Assembly: GCA_017539425.1 (NCBI GenBank)
Contig: JAFYHA010000061.1
Location: forward strand, 1,043-65,042
Source: Clostridia bacterium
Lineage (GTDB): Bacteria > Bacillota > Clostridia > Oscillospirales > CAG-272
Length of the DNA: 64,000 nucleotides
Direction: 5' to 3'
Shown: positions 49,373-58,207 of the stretch, piece by piece
Layout of the letters: each line of letters starts with the position of its first letter
Numbering within the stretch: the stretch's first letter is position 1
Notes under the pieces: model-generated
What the model was told of the DNA's origin: nothing
The model's input: the letters and a program-made list of their open reading frames with translations, nothing else
Database searches by the model: none
Made by a program: the position numbers and the translations under genes

Positions 49373-50420
49373 TTCCGTTAATTTTGGGGAAAGGTTTCAC
49401 ACACAACAAAAGGCTCTTGATTTCCTGCTCGGTCGTTGCCCAGGATGTGCAAATTCGGATCGCAGTGTGTGCGGAATCCGGAACCTCCCATACCTCCGCA
49501 CAAACAATCGCCCGGAACGCATCGAGTTGTTCGTTCTTCAAGATTATGAAAATCTGGTTCGTTGTTGTCTCAATCAGAAATGGATAACCCAACCTTTCCA
49601 GTTCCTTCCTGATCCTGTCTGCCATACGGTCTGCATGTTCTCCCAATTTGTAATACAAACCGTCAGTAAAAAGGGTTTCGAATTGAATGCCCAGCAACCA
49701 GCCCTTGGCCAGCAGCGCCCCGTGCTGTTTGATTCGGGTCACGTAATGGGACGGTGCATCTCCTTTTGGAAACACAATTGCTTCTCCGAACAGTGCGCCG
49801 CATTTCGTTCCCCCGATGTAAAAGACGTCCGCCAGTTTCGAAATGTCGGGCAGCGTCACGTCCGTGCCCTGCGCACAGAGCGCATAAGCCAGTCTGGCTC
49901 CGTCCAGGTACAGCCGGATGCCGTGCCCGTCGCACACTTTGCGCAGAGTCTTCAGTTCATCCTTGGTATACAGCGTGCCATATTCGGTAGGATGCGAGAT
50001 ATAGACCATGCCCGGAGCGACCATATGCTCCCTGGCCTCCTCCTGCTCGAATCCGGTAAGATAAGACTCCAGCTCACCGGCATCCACTTTTCCCTCGTGT
50101 CCGGGCAGTTCGATGACCTTGTGACCCGAATACTCGATGGCGCCGGCCTCATGGACGGCCACGTGTCCGGTGCGGGCTGCGATCACGCCCTCGTACGGTT
50201 CGAGAACCGTGTCGATGACCAGTTGGTTGGTCTGCGTGCCTCCAGTCACAAAAAAGACGTCCGCCTCCGGAGCCCTGCAAGCTTTACGAATCTTCTCTTT
50301 AGCGCTCTGGCAGACCGGGTCCGTTCCGTATCCGGGCTGACGAATCAGGTTATCGCTCTGCAGTCTTTCCAGTATCTCCGGTGCCGCTCCGATGCAGTAG
50401 TCGTTGGTAAAGAACACCAT
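49359..50420 (-). CDS. Threonine aldolase family PLP-dependent enzyme
   Basis: FTNDYCIGAAPEIL..., TGGTQTNQLVI, and a GGTKCGALFGEA lysine block. Confidence 0.75.
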   Translation of the reverse strand: MVFFTNDYCIGAAPEILERLQSDNLIRQPGYGTDPVCQSAKEKIRKACRAPEADVFFVTGGTQTNQLVIDTVLEPYEGVIAARTGHVAVHEAGAIEYSGHKVIELPGHEGKVDAGELESYLTGFEQEEAREHMVAPGMVYISHPTEYGTLYTKDELKTLRKVCDGHGIRLYLDGARLAYALCAQGTDVTLPDISKLADVFYIGGTKCGALFGEAIVFPKGDAPSHYVTRIKQHGALLAKGWLLGIQFETLFTDGLYYKLGEHADRMADRIRKELERLGYPFLIETTTNQIFIILKNEQLDAFRAIVCAEVWEVPDSAHTAIRICTSWATTEQEIKSLLLCVKPFPKINGNDNQ

Positions 50421-50423
50421 GAG

Positions 50424-51098
50424 TCACGCCTCCTCCTTTTTGGGAAGCAACCCTCTCGCCAGCATGACAAGTCCGCCCATTCCGGCACCGCCCACAGTGT
50501 TGCCGAGCACGATCATCAGAAGCCTCAGAATCGTATCTTTCGTCCAAATGCCGGCCGCGGCGACGTAGAACATATCCGCGATGGAATGCTCGAATCCGGC
50601 CAGTATGAATCCGGCTACACCCAAAACGACAAGGACCAGTTTCATGCCCGTATGTTCGACCGTCTTGTAGCCGTAGACCGCCACGAACATCAAAATCCCG
50701 CACCCCACGGCAAGCAGGAAGATCCTCCAGAACGGGATCTCGACCTTGGCGTTGACCAGGGCGGTCACGTTCGTAGTCGAGGTAAAATACTCCTTTAGGA
50801 CCGTGCCGAACAGGAACGTCCCGCAGAAATTGCCCAGGAGCGTGACCAGAAGTTCGGACAGCTTGAAACCGAGTTTCGCACCGGGCACGAACAGGTATCC
50901 GATCTTTCCCGTATAGAGGTGCAGACCGAACGCGAGGATCGTATACAGGCCCACAGAAAACAGGACCGCTCCGAATACGCGCCCGACCGTGCTTCCGTCC
51001 ACGGAAACCTTCAGGAAAACCGCTCCTCCTATGGAAATCATGATGCCGGCGAGAAATCCGGACAGCCATACCGACAAGGCATATTTCAAATGTCTCAT
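50424..51098 (-). CDS. Formate/nitrite transporter (FNT) family protein, short form
   Basis: Six hydrophobic segments, and GFEHSIADMFY matching the FNT signature (FEHSIANM). Confidence 0.75.
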   Translation of the reverse strand: MRHLKYALSVWLSGFLAGIMISIGGAVFLKVSVDGSTVGRVFGAVLFSVGLYTILAFGLHLYTGKIGYLFVPGAKLGFKLSELLVTLLGNFCGTFLFGTVLKEYFTSTTNVTALVNAKVEIPFWRIFLLAVGCGILMFVAVYGYKTVEHTGMKLVLVVLGVAGFILAGFEHSIADMFYVAAAGIWTKDTILRLLMIVLGNTVGGAGMGGLVMLARGLLPKKEEA

Positions 51099-51166
51099 TA
51101 TTCCGCCGCGGCACGAAGGCCGCCACCTCCTATGGATTGAATCTCATTGTTTTGTCGTCAAACCGC

Positions 51167-52135
51167 TCATACATCCGGCGAGCCTTTCGCCTCTCCGGAC
51201 AGGCAGGATCCGACGAACTCTCTCGTCAGCGCCTCGTACCGTTCCGGATCCCTCAGGCAGCTTAGCACATGCCCGGCTCCGGGAAACACTTCGTACCGGA
51301 TCTTCGGATTCGAAGGCAGGATCTCACGGCTCATCTCGATGGGCACGAACCGGTCGTCGTCCCCGTGGATGATCAGGATCGGGACCTTGGCCTTTTTGAC
51401 CGCCTCAATCGGCGAGGCCGAATTCAGACGGAACCGGCCGAACAGAAACCCGCTGAACGTGACGAGCGGATAGAAGACGGCAGGCGGAAGATGCGCGCCC
51501 TTCCGGCAGTGCATGGAGATGATCTCCTTAGGCGAACCATACGGGGCGTCCGCTACGATTCCCTTCAGCTGCACGGGCGTGTCCAGCCCGGATGCCATCA
51601 GCACCGTGGCTGCACCCATGGACACGCCGAACCAGAGGATCCGGATGTCCGGGCCGAACCGTTTTACGGCGTATTCGGTCCAGGTGATCGCATCACGGCG
51701 TTCGTTGATTCCAAACGTAAGCGTATGTCCTCCGCTCTCCCCGTGCCCGCGCTCGCTGATGAGCAGCACGTTGCATTTCATGCGCTTCAGGATCCCGATT
51801 CCGCCCCGGAAATCCCGGATGTCCAGTCCGCGCCAGCCGTGAAAGCATATGCACAGCGGCGCATCCGGATCCCCGAACGCAAAGTACTTCCCGGACAGCC
51901 GGAGCCCGTCGAACGACTCGACCGACACCTTTTCGAAATCCGAGGCCATCAGCTCTCGGATACCCGCCAAATGCGCCTCCTTGTACGGGGCGTACTGTTC
52001 GTTGTCCGGATAGTAGAACGGGTCGTTCTGCCCGCGATGCGGCGTATAGAACGAATAGTAGTAAATGGCAAAAAGGCTTCCGGAAAAGACGACGAGGACC
52101 GAAAGCGCGATCCAGACCCAAAGCATGTCAGCCAC
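51167..52135 (-). CDS. Membrane-anchored alpha/beta hydrolase
   Basis: N-terminal TM. HGW oxyanion region (ICFHGWRG), nucleophile elbow GVSMGA, and distal D and H (IIHGDDD, GAGH). Confidence 0.8.
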   Translation of the reverse strand: MADMLWVWIALSVLVVFSGSLFAIYYYSFYTPHRGQNDPFYYPDNEQYAPYKEAHLAGIRELMASDFEKVSVESFDGLRLSGKYFAFGDPDAPLCICFHGWRGLDIRDFRGGIGILKRMKCNVLLISERGHGESGGHTLTFGINERRDAITWTEYAVKRFGPDIRILWFGVSMGAATVLMASGLDTPVQLKGIVADAPYGSPKEIISMHCRKGAHLPPAVFYPLVTFSGFLFGRFRLNSASPIEAVKKAKVPILIIHGDDDRFVPIEMSREILPSNPKIRYEVFPGAGHVLSCLRDPERYEALTREFVGSCLSGEAKGSPDV

Positions 52136-52296
52136 CTCCTTGCGATATGCCTGCCCGCCCCATGCGGGGGGAAAAGTACACTATCTATTATAGTTAACGT
52201 AAATGGTTATGTCAACAAATGCGGCACATGCCGACACCCTCGGAGTGACACCAAACTTTTTTCGTGCCCGTGAGGATGTCTTTTTCTCGCATAGTC

Positions 52297-52325
52297 TTGA
52301 GTTTGTGCACCGCGTCCCATATAAT
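52297..52325 (+). promoter_or_regulatory. Putative sigma-A promoter of the PHP/GRE operon
   Basis: TTGAGT-17 nt-TATAAT. Confidence 0.5.
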
Positions 52326-52374
52326 AGAGATAGACGTTCGCATGCAATCCGCGAACGGACCGATCGGAGTCGTT

Positions 52375-53736
52375 ATGGAAGAACTGCATTTGGTCAACTA
52401 CAAACTCACGCCGTCCGTCGTCGAGGTCGGCCGGCCCACGACCGTCACCATCGCCCCTCGGGGAGATCAGGTCTACTTCAACGAGAACACGACCTATCTT
52501 CTGGACATCATCGGGGTCGGGACGGCCACGAAACAGCTCAACGGGGCGCACGGAAAGCGTCTGACCCTGAAGCCCGTGGACGGAAAACTCGTCTTCACGG
52601 AAACGTTCGAGCGCGAGCAGCAGTACGTGCTCAAGCTGGTCCTGCCCGAATCCCATATGTTCTGCACCAATCCGTACTATCAGCCGCCGGCGCACGGCCG
52701 TGTCTCCCGTCCGGGGGATCAGCGCAACCCGGTGCTGTATCTGTACGCGCTGGAACCCGATCTGTACCGGCTCCGTCCGTATAAGGGCGACTTCCATCTG
52801 CACTCCTCGGATTCGGACGGACACGAGTCCTCCTGCGGGGTCCTGGCCAATCTGCGCAAGGCGGGCTATGACTTCTCCGCCCTGACGAACCATTACTGGT
52901 ATCACTCCGCCGCCAAAGTCCGCAAACTCTGGGAAGGCCTTCCCGACGTCTTCACGGTACTGACCGGCGAAGAGGTCCACACGCCGACCGAACTGCTGCA
53001 CGCCGTCTCCATCGGTGCGTCCGAAAGCGTCAACGATCTGTATTACCAGAACCGTGAAGCCTGCGACGCGGAGATCGCCGAAATCGAGCGGGAACTGGAC
53101 CTTCCGGACACCGTCGATCCTCACAACTACGCCGCCCGGCTCTGGGTCGCTCGGACGATCCGCAGATTCGGCGGACTGTCCATCCTGGCCCATCCGCACT
53201 GGATCTGGTCGAACGTCTATTTCATGCCGGAAGACCTGACCGTAAAGCTGCTGGAGTCCGGCGAGTATGAAGCGCTGGAACTCCTCAACGGAGACTGCGG
53301 ACCGGAGACCAACACCCTGCAGACCGCCCTGTATTTCGAGGAGCGCGCCAAAGGCTTCGATCCCCCGGTCGTGGGCAGCAGCGACTGCCACCGTACGGAC
53401 CGCGCGGATGAACGTTTCCCCACTCCCGCGTTTACCTATGTCTTTGCCGAAGACCGTTCCTTCGAAGCCATCCACAAGGCCATTCTGGGCCATCAGACGG
53501 TGGCCGTCGAGAAATATCGCGAGGATTCCTCGTTCCACATTTACGGCTCCTACCGTCTTGTCAAATACGCGAACTTCCTGATGCGCAACTACAACCCCCG
53601 TTACACCGAACTGTGCTATCCGCAGGGTACGCTGCTCCGGGAATACGAGACGGATCCGAAGCCGGAGACCGCATCTCTTCTGACCCTTCTGTATGCCCGG
53701 AGCGAAGCCTATGCCGCCTCGTTCTTTGGAAAGTAG
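52375..53736 (+). CDS. PHP-domain (CehA/McbA-like) metal-dependent phosphoesterase/hydrolase with an approximately 135-aa N-terminal beta-rich domain
   Basis: GDFHLHSSDSDGH opening motif of the PHP fold, later LAHPHW and GSSDCH. Start set at MEELHLV with GGAG RBS. Confidence 0.75.
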   Translation: MEELHLVNYKLTPSVVEVGRPTTVTIAPRGDQVYFNENTTYLLDIIGVGTATKQLNGAHGKRLTLKPVDGKLVFTETFEREQQYVLKLVLPESHMFCTNPYYQPPAHGRVSRPGDQRNPVLYLYALEPDLYRLRPYKGDFHLHSSDSDGHESSCGVLANLRKAGYDFSALTNHYWYHSAAKVRKLWEGLPDVFTVLTGEEVHTPTELLHAVSIGASESVNDLYYQNREACDAEIAEIERELDLPDTVDPHNYAARLWVARTIRRFGGLSILAHPHWIWSNVYFMPEDLTVKLLESGEYEALELLNGDCGPETNTLQTALYFEERAKGFDPPVVGSSDCHRTDRADERFPTPAFTYVFAEDRSFEAIHKAILGHQTVAVEKYREDSSFHIYGSYRLVKYANFLMRNYNPRYTELCYPQGTLLREYETDPKPETASLLTLLYARSEAYAASFFGK

Positions 53737-53750
53737 ATCGGAGAACAGCC

Positions 53751-54647
53751 ATGCCATCAGGTCAGATCTTCAACATCCAGCGCTTTTCCGTTCACGACGG
53801 ACCTGGCGCTCGCACGACCGTATTCTTCAAGGGCTGCAACCTGCGCTGCCTGTGGTGTCACAATCCGGAGTCCTTTTCACCGAAGCCGGACCTGGAATTC
53901 AACCCCCAGAAATGCATCGGCTGCGGGACCTGTTTCCGTGTCTGCCCCCAAAACGCGCACACCCTGGACGCAAGCGGCCGCCATACGATTGACAGAACCC
54001 AATGCCAGCACTGCCTGGTCTGTGCGGATCAGTGTTATGCGGGCGCACTGAAAGCCGTCGGGCAGACCGTGGACACGGATTACGTGATGAAGCAGATCCT
54101 TTCAGACAAGGACTACTATGACCGGTCCGGAGGCGGTGCCACGTTCTCGGGCGGCGAATGCATGCTGCAGCTTGAGTTTCTGGAGTCCCTTCTCCTTTCC
54201 TGCCGTGAAGCCTCGGTATCCACCGCGGTCGATACGGCCGGCAACGTACCCTTCGAATCTTTTGAACGCATCCTTCCGCTCACCGACCTGTTCCTGTTCG
54301 ACGTCAAGGCGGCGGACCCGGTCCGTCACAAGGAACTGACCGGCGTATCCAACGAGCGCATACTCTCCAATCTTCACAGGCTCAGGGATGCAGGCGCCCG
54401 GATCATCATCCGGAGTCCCCTCATTCCCTCCCGCAACGGTGACCAGATCGAGGGGATCGCCCGGATCCTCAGGGATATCCGGCCTGAACTCGTGGAACTT
54501 CTTCCCTTCCATAAACTCGGTTCTTCCAAATACGCGGCCCTGGATCTTCCGGACCCCTGTCTTGACGAAGCCATTCCGGACAAGGACACGGTCGACCGGG
54601 TCCTGCAGATCCTCCGGTCCGCCGGACTCAACGCCAGAAAAAGCTGA
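53751..54647 (+). CDS. Glycyl-radical enzyme activating protein (radical SAM)
   Basis: FSVHDGPGARTTVFFKGCNLRCLWCHNPE (CX3CX2C) plus a ferredoxin-like insert (CIGCGTCFRVCP, CQHCLVCADQC). Start trimmed to MPSGQIF. Confidence 0.93.
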   Translation: MPSGQIFNIQRFSVHDGPGARTTVFFKGCNLRCLWCHNPESFSPKPDLEFNPQKCIGCGTCFRVCPQNAHTLDASGRHTIDRTQCQHCLVCADQCYAGALKAVGQTVDTDYVMKQILSDKDYYDRSGGGATFSGGECMLQLEFLESLLLSCREASVSTAVDTAGNVPFESFERILPLTDLFLFDVKAADPVRHKELTGVSNERILSNLHRLRDAGARIIIRSPLIPSRNGDQIEGIARILRDIRPELVELLPFHKLGSSKYAALDLPDPCLDEAIPDKDTVDRVLQILRSAGLNARKS

Positions 54648-54658
54648 AAGGATGTCTG

Positions 54659-56851
54659 ATGAGAACTCTGGATACCTCTCCCGTCCGGCTCTCCCCGCTC
54701 TATAAGGAGCGCATTGACCGGCTCCACACGGACAAGCTGAAAATGAACGACATCAAGATGAAGGTCTTCGATCATCTCAATTTTGACGACTGGGGCTTCG
54801 TCTATTTCCCGGATTTCAAGTTCACGCCCGAACCGAACGGTCCGGACGGACTGGTGTACGGATACCGGGCCATCGGGAAGAATTTCCGCCGGTATCTGTG
54901 TGAAATCCCGCAGTATATCCATCCGGCGAGCGCACTGGGCGGCGCCTGGATCGGACAGCTGACCGACTTCTGCCGCATCGGCCTTCCTCCCGAAGACGAC
55001 ATTGACCCGGAGACCCGCGCCTGCTGGGCCAAATACCACACCTATCCCGGATTCGGAGGCATGAACCACTGTGCCGGCGATATCAACATCGGCCTCTCCC
55101 TGGGCTGGGGCGGAATACTGAAGAAACTCAGGTACTACCGGGAACTGAACGCTCCCGCGGATCCCGCGTTCTATGACGGTGAGGAGGATCTGGTCCTGGG
55201 CATCCAGACCTGGGTAAAAGGGATCGCGGACCATGCCAGAGCACTGGCCGCCGGATCCGCCTCGGACGAGGAAAGGGCCAACCTCCTGGACATCGCGGAT
55301 ATGAACGACTGGCTCGTCGAGAACCCGCCCAGGACCTTCCGGGAGGCCTGCCAGTTTCTGGCGCATTTCCAGTCCGTGGACCGCATGTACTACGTCGGGG
55401 GCGCGCTGGATCAGCTGGACGAAAAGCTCCGTCCCTACTATGAGCGCGATACGGAAGCCGGCATCCTGACCGATGAGATGGCGGTGTGGTGCATCGCCAG
55501 CCTGTTCTTCAACGATACGCACTATTCCCAGATCGCGGGCCTGACCCCGGACGGGTCCAGGGACATGACCAGCCGGATGAGTTTCATCGTACTGGACGCC
55601 ATGCATGCCATCCGGATCCCGGTCAACATTGCCGTGCGGGTCAGCGACAAACTCAACGAGACACTGCTGCGCCGTTCCCTGGAGTACACCATCGCGGACG
55701 GGACCGGTGTGGACTACTCCTGCAACATCGGCATCGAGCAGGGCTACATGCGCAACGGTTATCCGGAGGGTCTGGCCCGCCAGCGCATCAAGGTGGGCTG
55801 CAACTGGTGCTGCGTATGCGGTCACGAATATCCCCTGCAGGACGTGACCCGGGCCAATATGGGGTTCGCCCTGTACTGGGCGCTGCAGGATATCCGCAAG
55901 GAACCGGACAAGAGCACCGAAAGGCTGTTCGAGCTGTTCAAGAAACATACGCAGATCATCGTGGACTCCATCAAGCGGGGCTATGACAGACATTACGAAG
56001 TGATGGGAAAGGACCGGCCCGAGATCGTGTACAACCTTCTCATGTACGGTCCCGTCGAACGGGGGCTCAACTGCTCGGAAGGCGGTGTGGACATCCTGAA
56101 CTTCAACATCGACGGCGTCGCCCTGGCCACGGTAGCGGACTCTTTTGCCGCCATCGAACAGCGCATCGAGCGGGAGCACCGGCTCACCTGGGAGGAACTC
56201 TTCGAGGCTCTGGACGCGAACTATGAGGGATACGAACCCGTCCGGCTGATGCTGAAGAACATCAACCGTTTCGGATCTCCGGACAGCCTGGCCGAACCCT
56301 GGGCGCTCCGCATCCGCGATTTCTTCGTATACGCCTGCAAACATGAGGGTACCCCGAAGCATCATCTGATGATCATACCCGGTCTGTTCTCCCACGGTGC
56401 GATCGGAGAGTACGGTTCCCGTCTCCCGGCCACGCCAAACGGGCGGAAGAATTATGAACCGATCTCCCACTCCAACGAACCGGATCCCGGGTTTGCCAAC
56501 GGTCTGAACACGTTTTCGCCCACGCTGAAGGCTTCCGCGGTCGCGATTGCGCAGCCCGGTTTCGGCAATTCCGCTCCGCTGCACCTGGACATCGATTCCG
56601 AGATGCTGGACAAGGAGGGCGGGATCGAAGCGCTGATGGCGCTGATCCACACGCACAACCATCAGGGCGGCACGCTGATCAACCTCAACTGTCTGACCAA
56701 GGAGACACTTCTGGAAGCGCACGAGGATCCGTCCACGCATCCGGACCTTCTGGTCCGGGTCACCGGCTACTCCGCGTTCTTCGCTTCCCTGTCCAAGGAC
56801 TACCGGCAGCAGATCGTGGACCGGTTTCTCTCCAGGGAAAGCCAGTCCTGA
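54659..56851 (+). CDS. Glycyl radical enzyme, PFL2-like superfamily, uncharacterised subtype (730 aa)
   Basis: C-terminal glycine-radical motif LLVRVTGYSAFF (Gly703). PRTFREACQ and GGALDQLDEKLRPYY blocks. Cys loop VGCNWCCVCGH (Cys381). Confidence 0.9.
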   Translation: MRTLDTSPVRLSPLYKERIDRLHTDKLKMNDIKMKVFDHLNFDDWGFVYFPDFKFTPEPNGPDGLVYGYRAIGKNFRRYLCEIPQYIHPASALGGAWIGQLTDFCRIGLPPEDDIDPETRACWAKYHTYPGFGGMNHCAGDINIGLSLGWGGILKKLRYYRELNAPADPAFYDGEEDLVLGIQTWVKGIADHARALAAGSASDEERANLLDIADMNDWLVENPPRTFREACQFLAHFQSVDRMYYVGGALDQLDEKLRPYYERDTEAGILTDEMAVWCIASLFFNDTHYSQIAGLTPDGSRDMTSRMSFIVLDAMHAIRIPVNIAVRVSDKLNETLLRRSLEYTIADGTGVDYSCNIGIEQGYMRNGYPEGLARQRIKVGCNWCCVCGHEYPLQDVTRANMGFALYWALQDIRKEPDKSTERLFELFKKHTQIIVDSIKRGYDRHYEVMGKDRPEIVYNLLMYGPVERGLNCSEGGVDILNFNIDGVALATVADSFAAIEQRIEREHRLTWEELFEALDANYEGYEPVRLMLKNINRFGSPDSLAEPWALRIRDFFVYACKHEGTPKHHLMIIPGLFSHGAIGEYGSRLPATPNGRKNYEPISHSNEPDPGFANGLNTFSPTLKASAVAIAQPGFGNSAPLHLDIDSEMLDKEGGIEALMALIHTHNHQGGTLINLNCLTKETLLEAHEDPSTHPDLLVRVTGYSAFFASLSKDYRQQIVDRFLSRESQS

Positions 56852-56867
56852 CATATGTAAAAAAACC

Positions 56868-56899
56868 GACCCCCGTTCCGGTGCATGCCGGCGGGGGTC
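56868..56899. terminator. Bidirectional terminator between the convergent GRE and LarA-like operons
   Basis: GACCCCCG-16 nt-CGGGGGTC flanked by AAAAAAA (5') and TTTCTTT (3'). Confidence 0.7.
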
Positions 56900-56919
56900 T
56901 TTCTTTGCTGTTTCGAACG

Positions 56920-58203
56920 TTAGGACTGCTCGAACCGTTCCCGGTCGATCCAGAGACCGAGTGCGGGATTGGGGATGAAGTAGATCTCTTCCCCGTCCAC
57001 GGTATTGTATCCGTATCTGAGTTTGTCCGGATCGTATACGGCGCGCGTCCGGTCATAATCCGCGGCCCGGAAGCCGACGCCTTCGATCTCCTCTTTCGAG
57101 ATGTCCCTGACTGCATAGGTGATCGTGAAGCGGCCGTCCGAGCTGCCGTGGATCAGATGCGCCGCGGCGCCCATATTGTCCCGGAGGTCCTGGTTCTCGG
57201 GCCTGCGAAAGGCCTCCAGCGTATTCAGCCGGCCGCGGTATCCGTATTTGCGGATGAGTCCGTCGACCTGTCCGTCCTCGCCGAACCGTTCCACACCCGG
57301 TGCCAGCACGATCAGTTCACCCCCGTCGGCCATCGCCATCCGGGTCCGGTACACCGATTTGTTGCCGAGCCAGGTGCTCTTGAATTCGGTCGGGTCCAGA
57401 TAGACCACACACTTTTTCAGTCCGTGCTCCACGAAATCGATGTTTTTCTGCTGGGCCAGCTTCACAGCGCTGGTCAGACAGGTCCGGCTCTCGCCCAGGA
57501 ACAGCCCGTGGGTATGGATCTTCCCGCCCGGGGCCGTGGTCACGGTCAGGGCGAACAGGATCGGCCGATGGGAGAGAAAGTGTTCCATTCCGTAGTCAAA
57601 AATCTTCCGGACAGGGGTATTGTCCCGGCCCATCATCCTCTCCATTCCGTAGACTGCCCCGATCATATGGGACTTGTTGATCATGTCGCTGCCGCCCACA
57701 CCGACAAACAGGTTCTTGGCGTGGTTGGACATGCCTATGACTTCGTGCGGAACGACCTGTCCGGGAGAAATGATCAGGTCATAGCTCTCATCCATGACCC
57801 GGCGGTTGATCTCGGCGTCGACCGGATCAGTCCACAGTCCGTCCGTAATGGACGCGATATAATCCCCGGGCACTTCACCCAGCCTGACCACGTCCGTACG
57901 CCAGTTGTGAACCAGCATTTTTTCATACGGAATGTCGCCGAACATCGCTTCCCACTGGGACCGGGTGACCGGGACATGCGTGCCGAGAGCCGGCATGATA
58001 TCCACCTGCACACCGTTTTGGGTCAGCAGATGGTAGTACACATGGGTCAGAAAACCGGCATTGGAGTGAAACCGGGTAAAATCCGGAGGCAGGATCAGCA
58101 CCTTGTGAAGCTGCCGGCCTTCCAGACTCCGCTCTACCGCCTTCTTGAGTTCCTCCGGGGAAAGTCCCTCCCCGGTTTTGGCGATCACATTGATGTCTTC
58201 CAT
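56920..58203 (-). CDS. LarA-like (lactate racemase / DUF2088 family) putative nickel-pincer-dependent 2-hydroxyacid racemase or epimerase
   Basis: Blocks line up with L. plantarum LarA from memory: VLILPPDFTRFHS vs IVIISSDHTRPVP; ALGTHVP vs ATGFHRP; ISPGQVVPHEVIGMSNHAKN vs ISEGFIESHFFAGFSGGRKS; NKSH vs ANHS. 427 aa versus 424 aa. Confidence 0.7.
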   Translation of the reverse strand: MEDINVIAKTGEGLSPEELKKAVERSLEGRQLHKVLILPPDFTRFHSNAGFLTHVYYHLLTQNGVQVDIMPALGTHVPVTRSQWEAMFGDIPYEKMLVHNWRTDVVRLGEVPGDYIASITDGLWTDPVDAEINRRVMDESYDLIISPGQVVPHEVIGMSNHAKNLFVGVGGSDMINKSHMIGAVYGMERMMGRDNTPVRKIFDYGMEHFLSHRPILFALTVTTAPGGKIHTHGLFLGESRTCLTSAVKLAQQKNIDFVEHGLKKCVVYLDPTEFKSTWLGNKSVYRTRMAMADGGELIVLAPGVERFGEDGQVDGLIRKYGYRGRLNTLEAFRRPENQDLRDNMGAAAHLIHGSSDGRFTITYAVRDISKEEIEGVGFRAADYDRTRAVYDPDKLRYGYNTVDGEEIYFIPNPALGLWIDRERFEQS

Positions 58204-58207
58204 ACTC

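Noticed and set aside
54374-56854. 826-aa ORF on the minus strand
   Set aside because: It is antisense to the glycyl-radical enzyme gene, which has the diagnostic RVTGYSA motif. The antisense product is low-complexity (R/G/V/D-rich) and has no RBS context.
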